NCBI GenBank assembly: GCA_964515895.1
Contig: CAZEYH010000001.1
Span: 1-27,298 of the forward strand
Source: an uncultured Clostridiaceae bacterium
Lineage (GTDB): Bacteria; Bacillota; Clostridia; Acetivibrionales; DUMC01
DNA: 27,298 bases
Direction: 5' to 3'
The notes beneath the pieces were generated by a model. That model did not search any database. It worked only from the letters and a program-made list of their open reading frames with translations, and was not told the DNA's origin. The translations under genes were made by a program, and so were the position numbers. Shown here one piece after another: positions 26,996 through 27,298 of the stretch. How positions within the stretch are numbered: position 1 is the first letter of the stretch; every line of letters begins with the position of its first letter.

Positions 26996-27298
26996 TTTAA
27001 ATTTACATATTACTCCAAAATTTACTTATTTATTTTAGCTATGACATAATGACTTAGCCAATTAATTACCTATAACTTTTTATTATATGTGATAAGATGA
27101 GATAAGTGGAGACTTAAATATAATGAGTTTTCTGCTATGTGCATGTTTTCTATTTTGTACCGTGGAAAAATCAATGCTTCCAAGTAAAATTTTCAGATAT
27201 TTTAACATGCTTTTCAAAGCAAAACGATTCATCTACTCTGCTATTTACCCTTTCAACCGACGGGCGTTTATTATAGCATGTGTCCCACTTATAACTAG

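Noticed and set aside
1-27298. CRISPR array, tRNA/rRNA, IS transposase or prophage genes
   Set aside because: No regularly spaced repeats, cloverleaf or rRNA-like segments, or transposase/integrase motifs were seen.

Overview
AT-rich, Clostridia-like DNA with strong GGAGG-type RBSs and sigmaA-type promoters. No rRNA, tRNA, CRISPR array or transposase is recognisable. The left half (1-11.9 kb) encodes an MFS permease, a convergent iron-sulfur flavoprotein, a LacI regulator with a candidate operator, a heterodimeric ABC exporter pair, a 1.2-kaa 7TM-DISM/degenerate histidine kinase/REC/GAF/GGDEF diguanylate cyclase, and a short Na/Pi cotransporter. The right half (12.0-27.0 kb) is a co-oriented 12-gene catabolic cluster behind one consensus promoter. 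Its genes are a FucI/AraA-like isomerase, class II aldolase, PfkB kinase, FGGY kinase, AGPS/GlcD-like flavoprotein, Fe-S protein, IolB-like isomerase, Gfo/Idh/MocA dehydrogenase, DUF4091/GH123-like hydrolase, NagA, NagB-like protein and RpiR regulator. This combination matches no canonical pathway I know and is the best candidate for an undescribed system. The most striking sequence-level oddities are: systematic loss of the motif cysteines in both CCG domains of the Fe-S protein; loss of the catalytic boxes in the kinase module of the cyclase; and a 126-bp in-frame insertion flanked by 9-bp direct repeats in an ABC subunit. All family calls come from motif recognition by eye, with no database searches.
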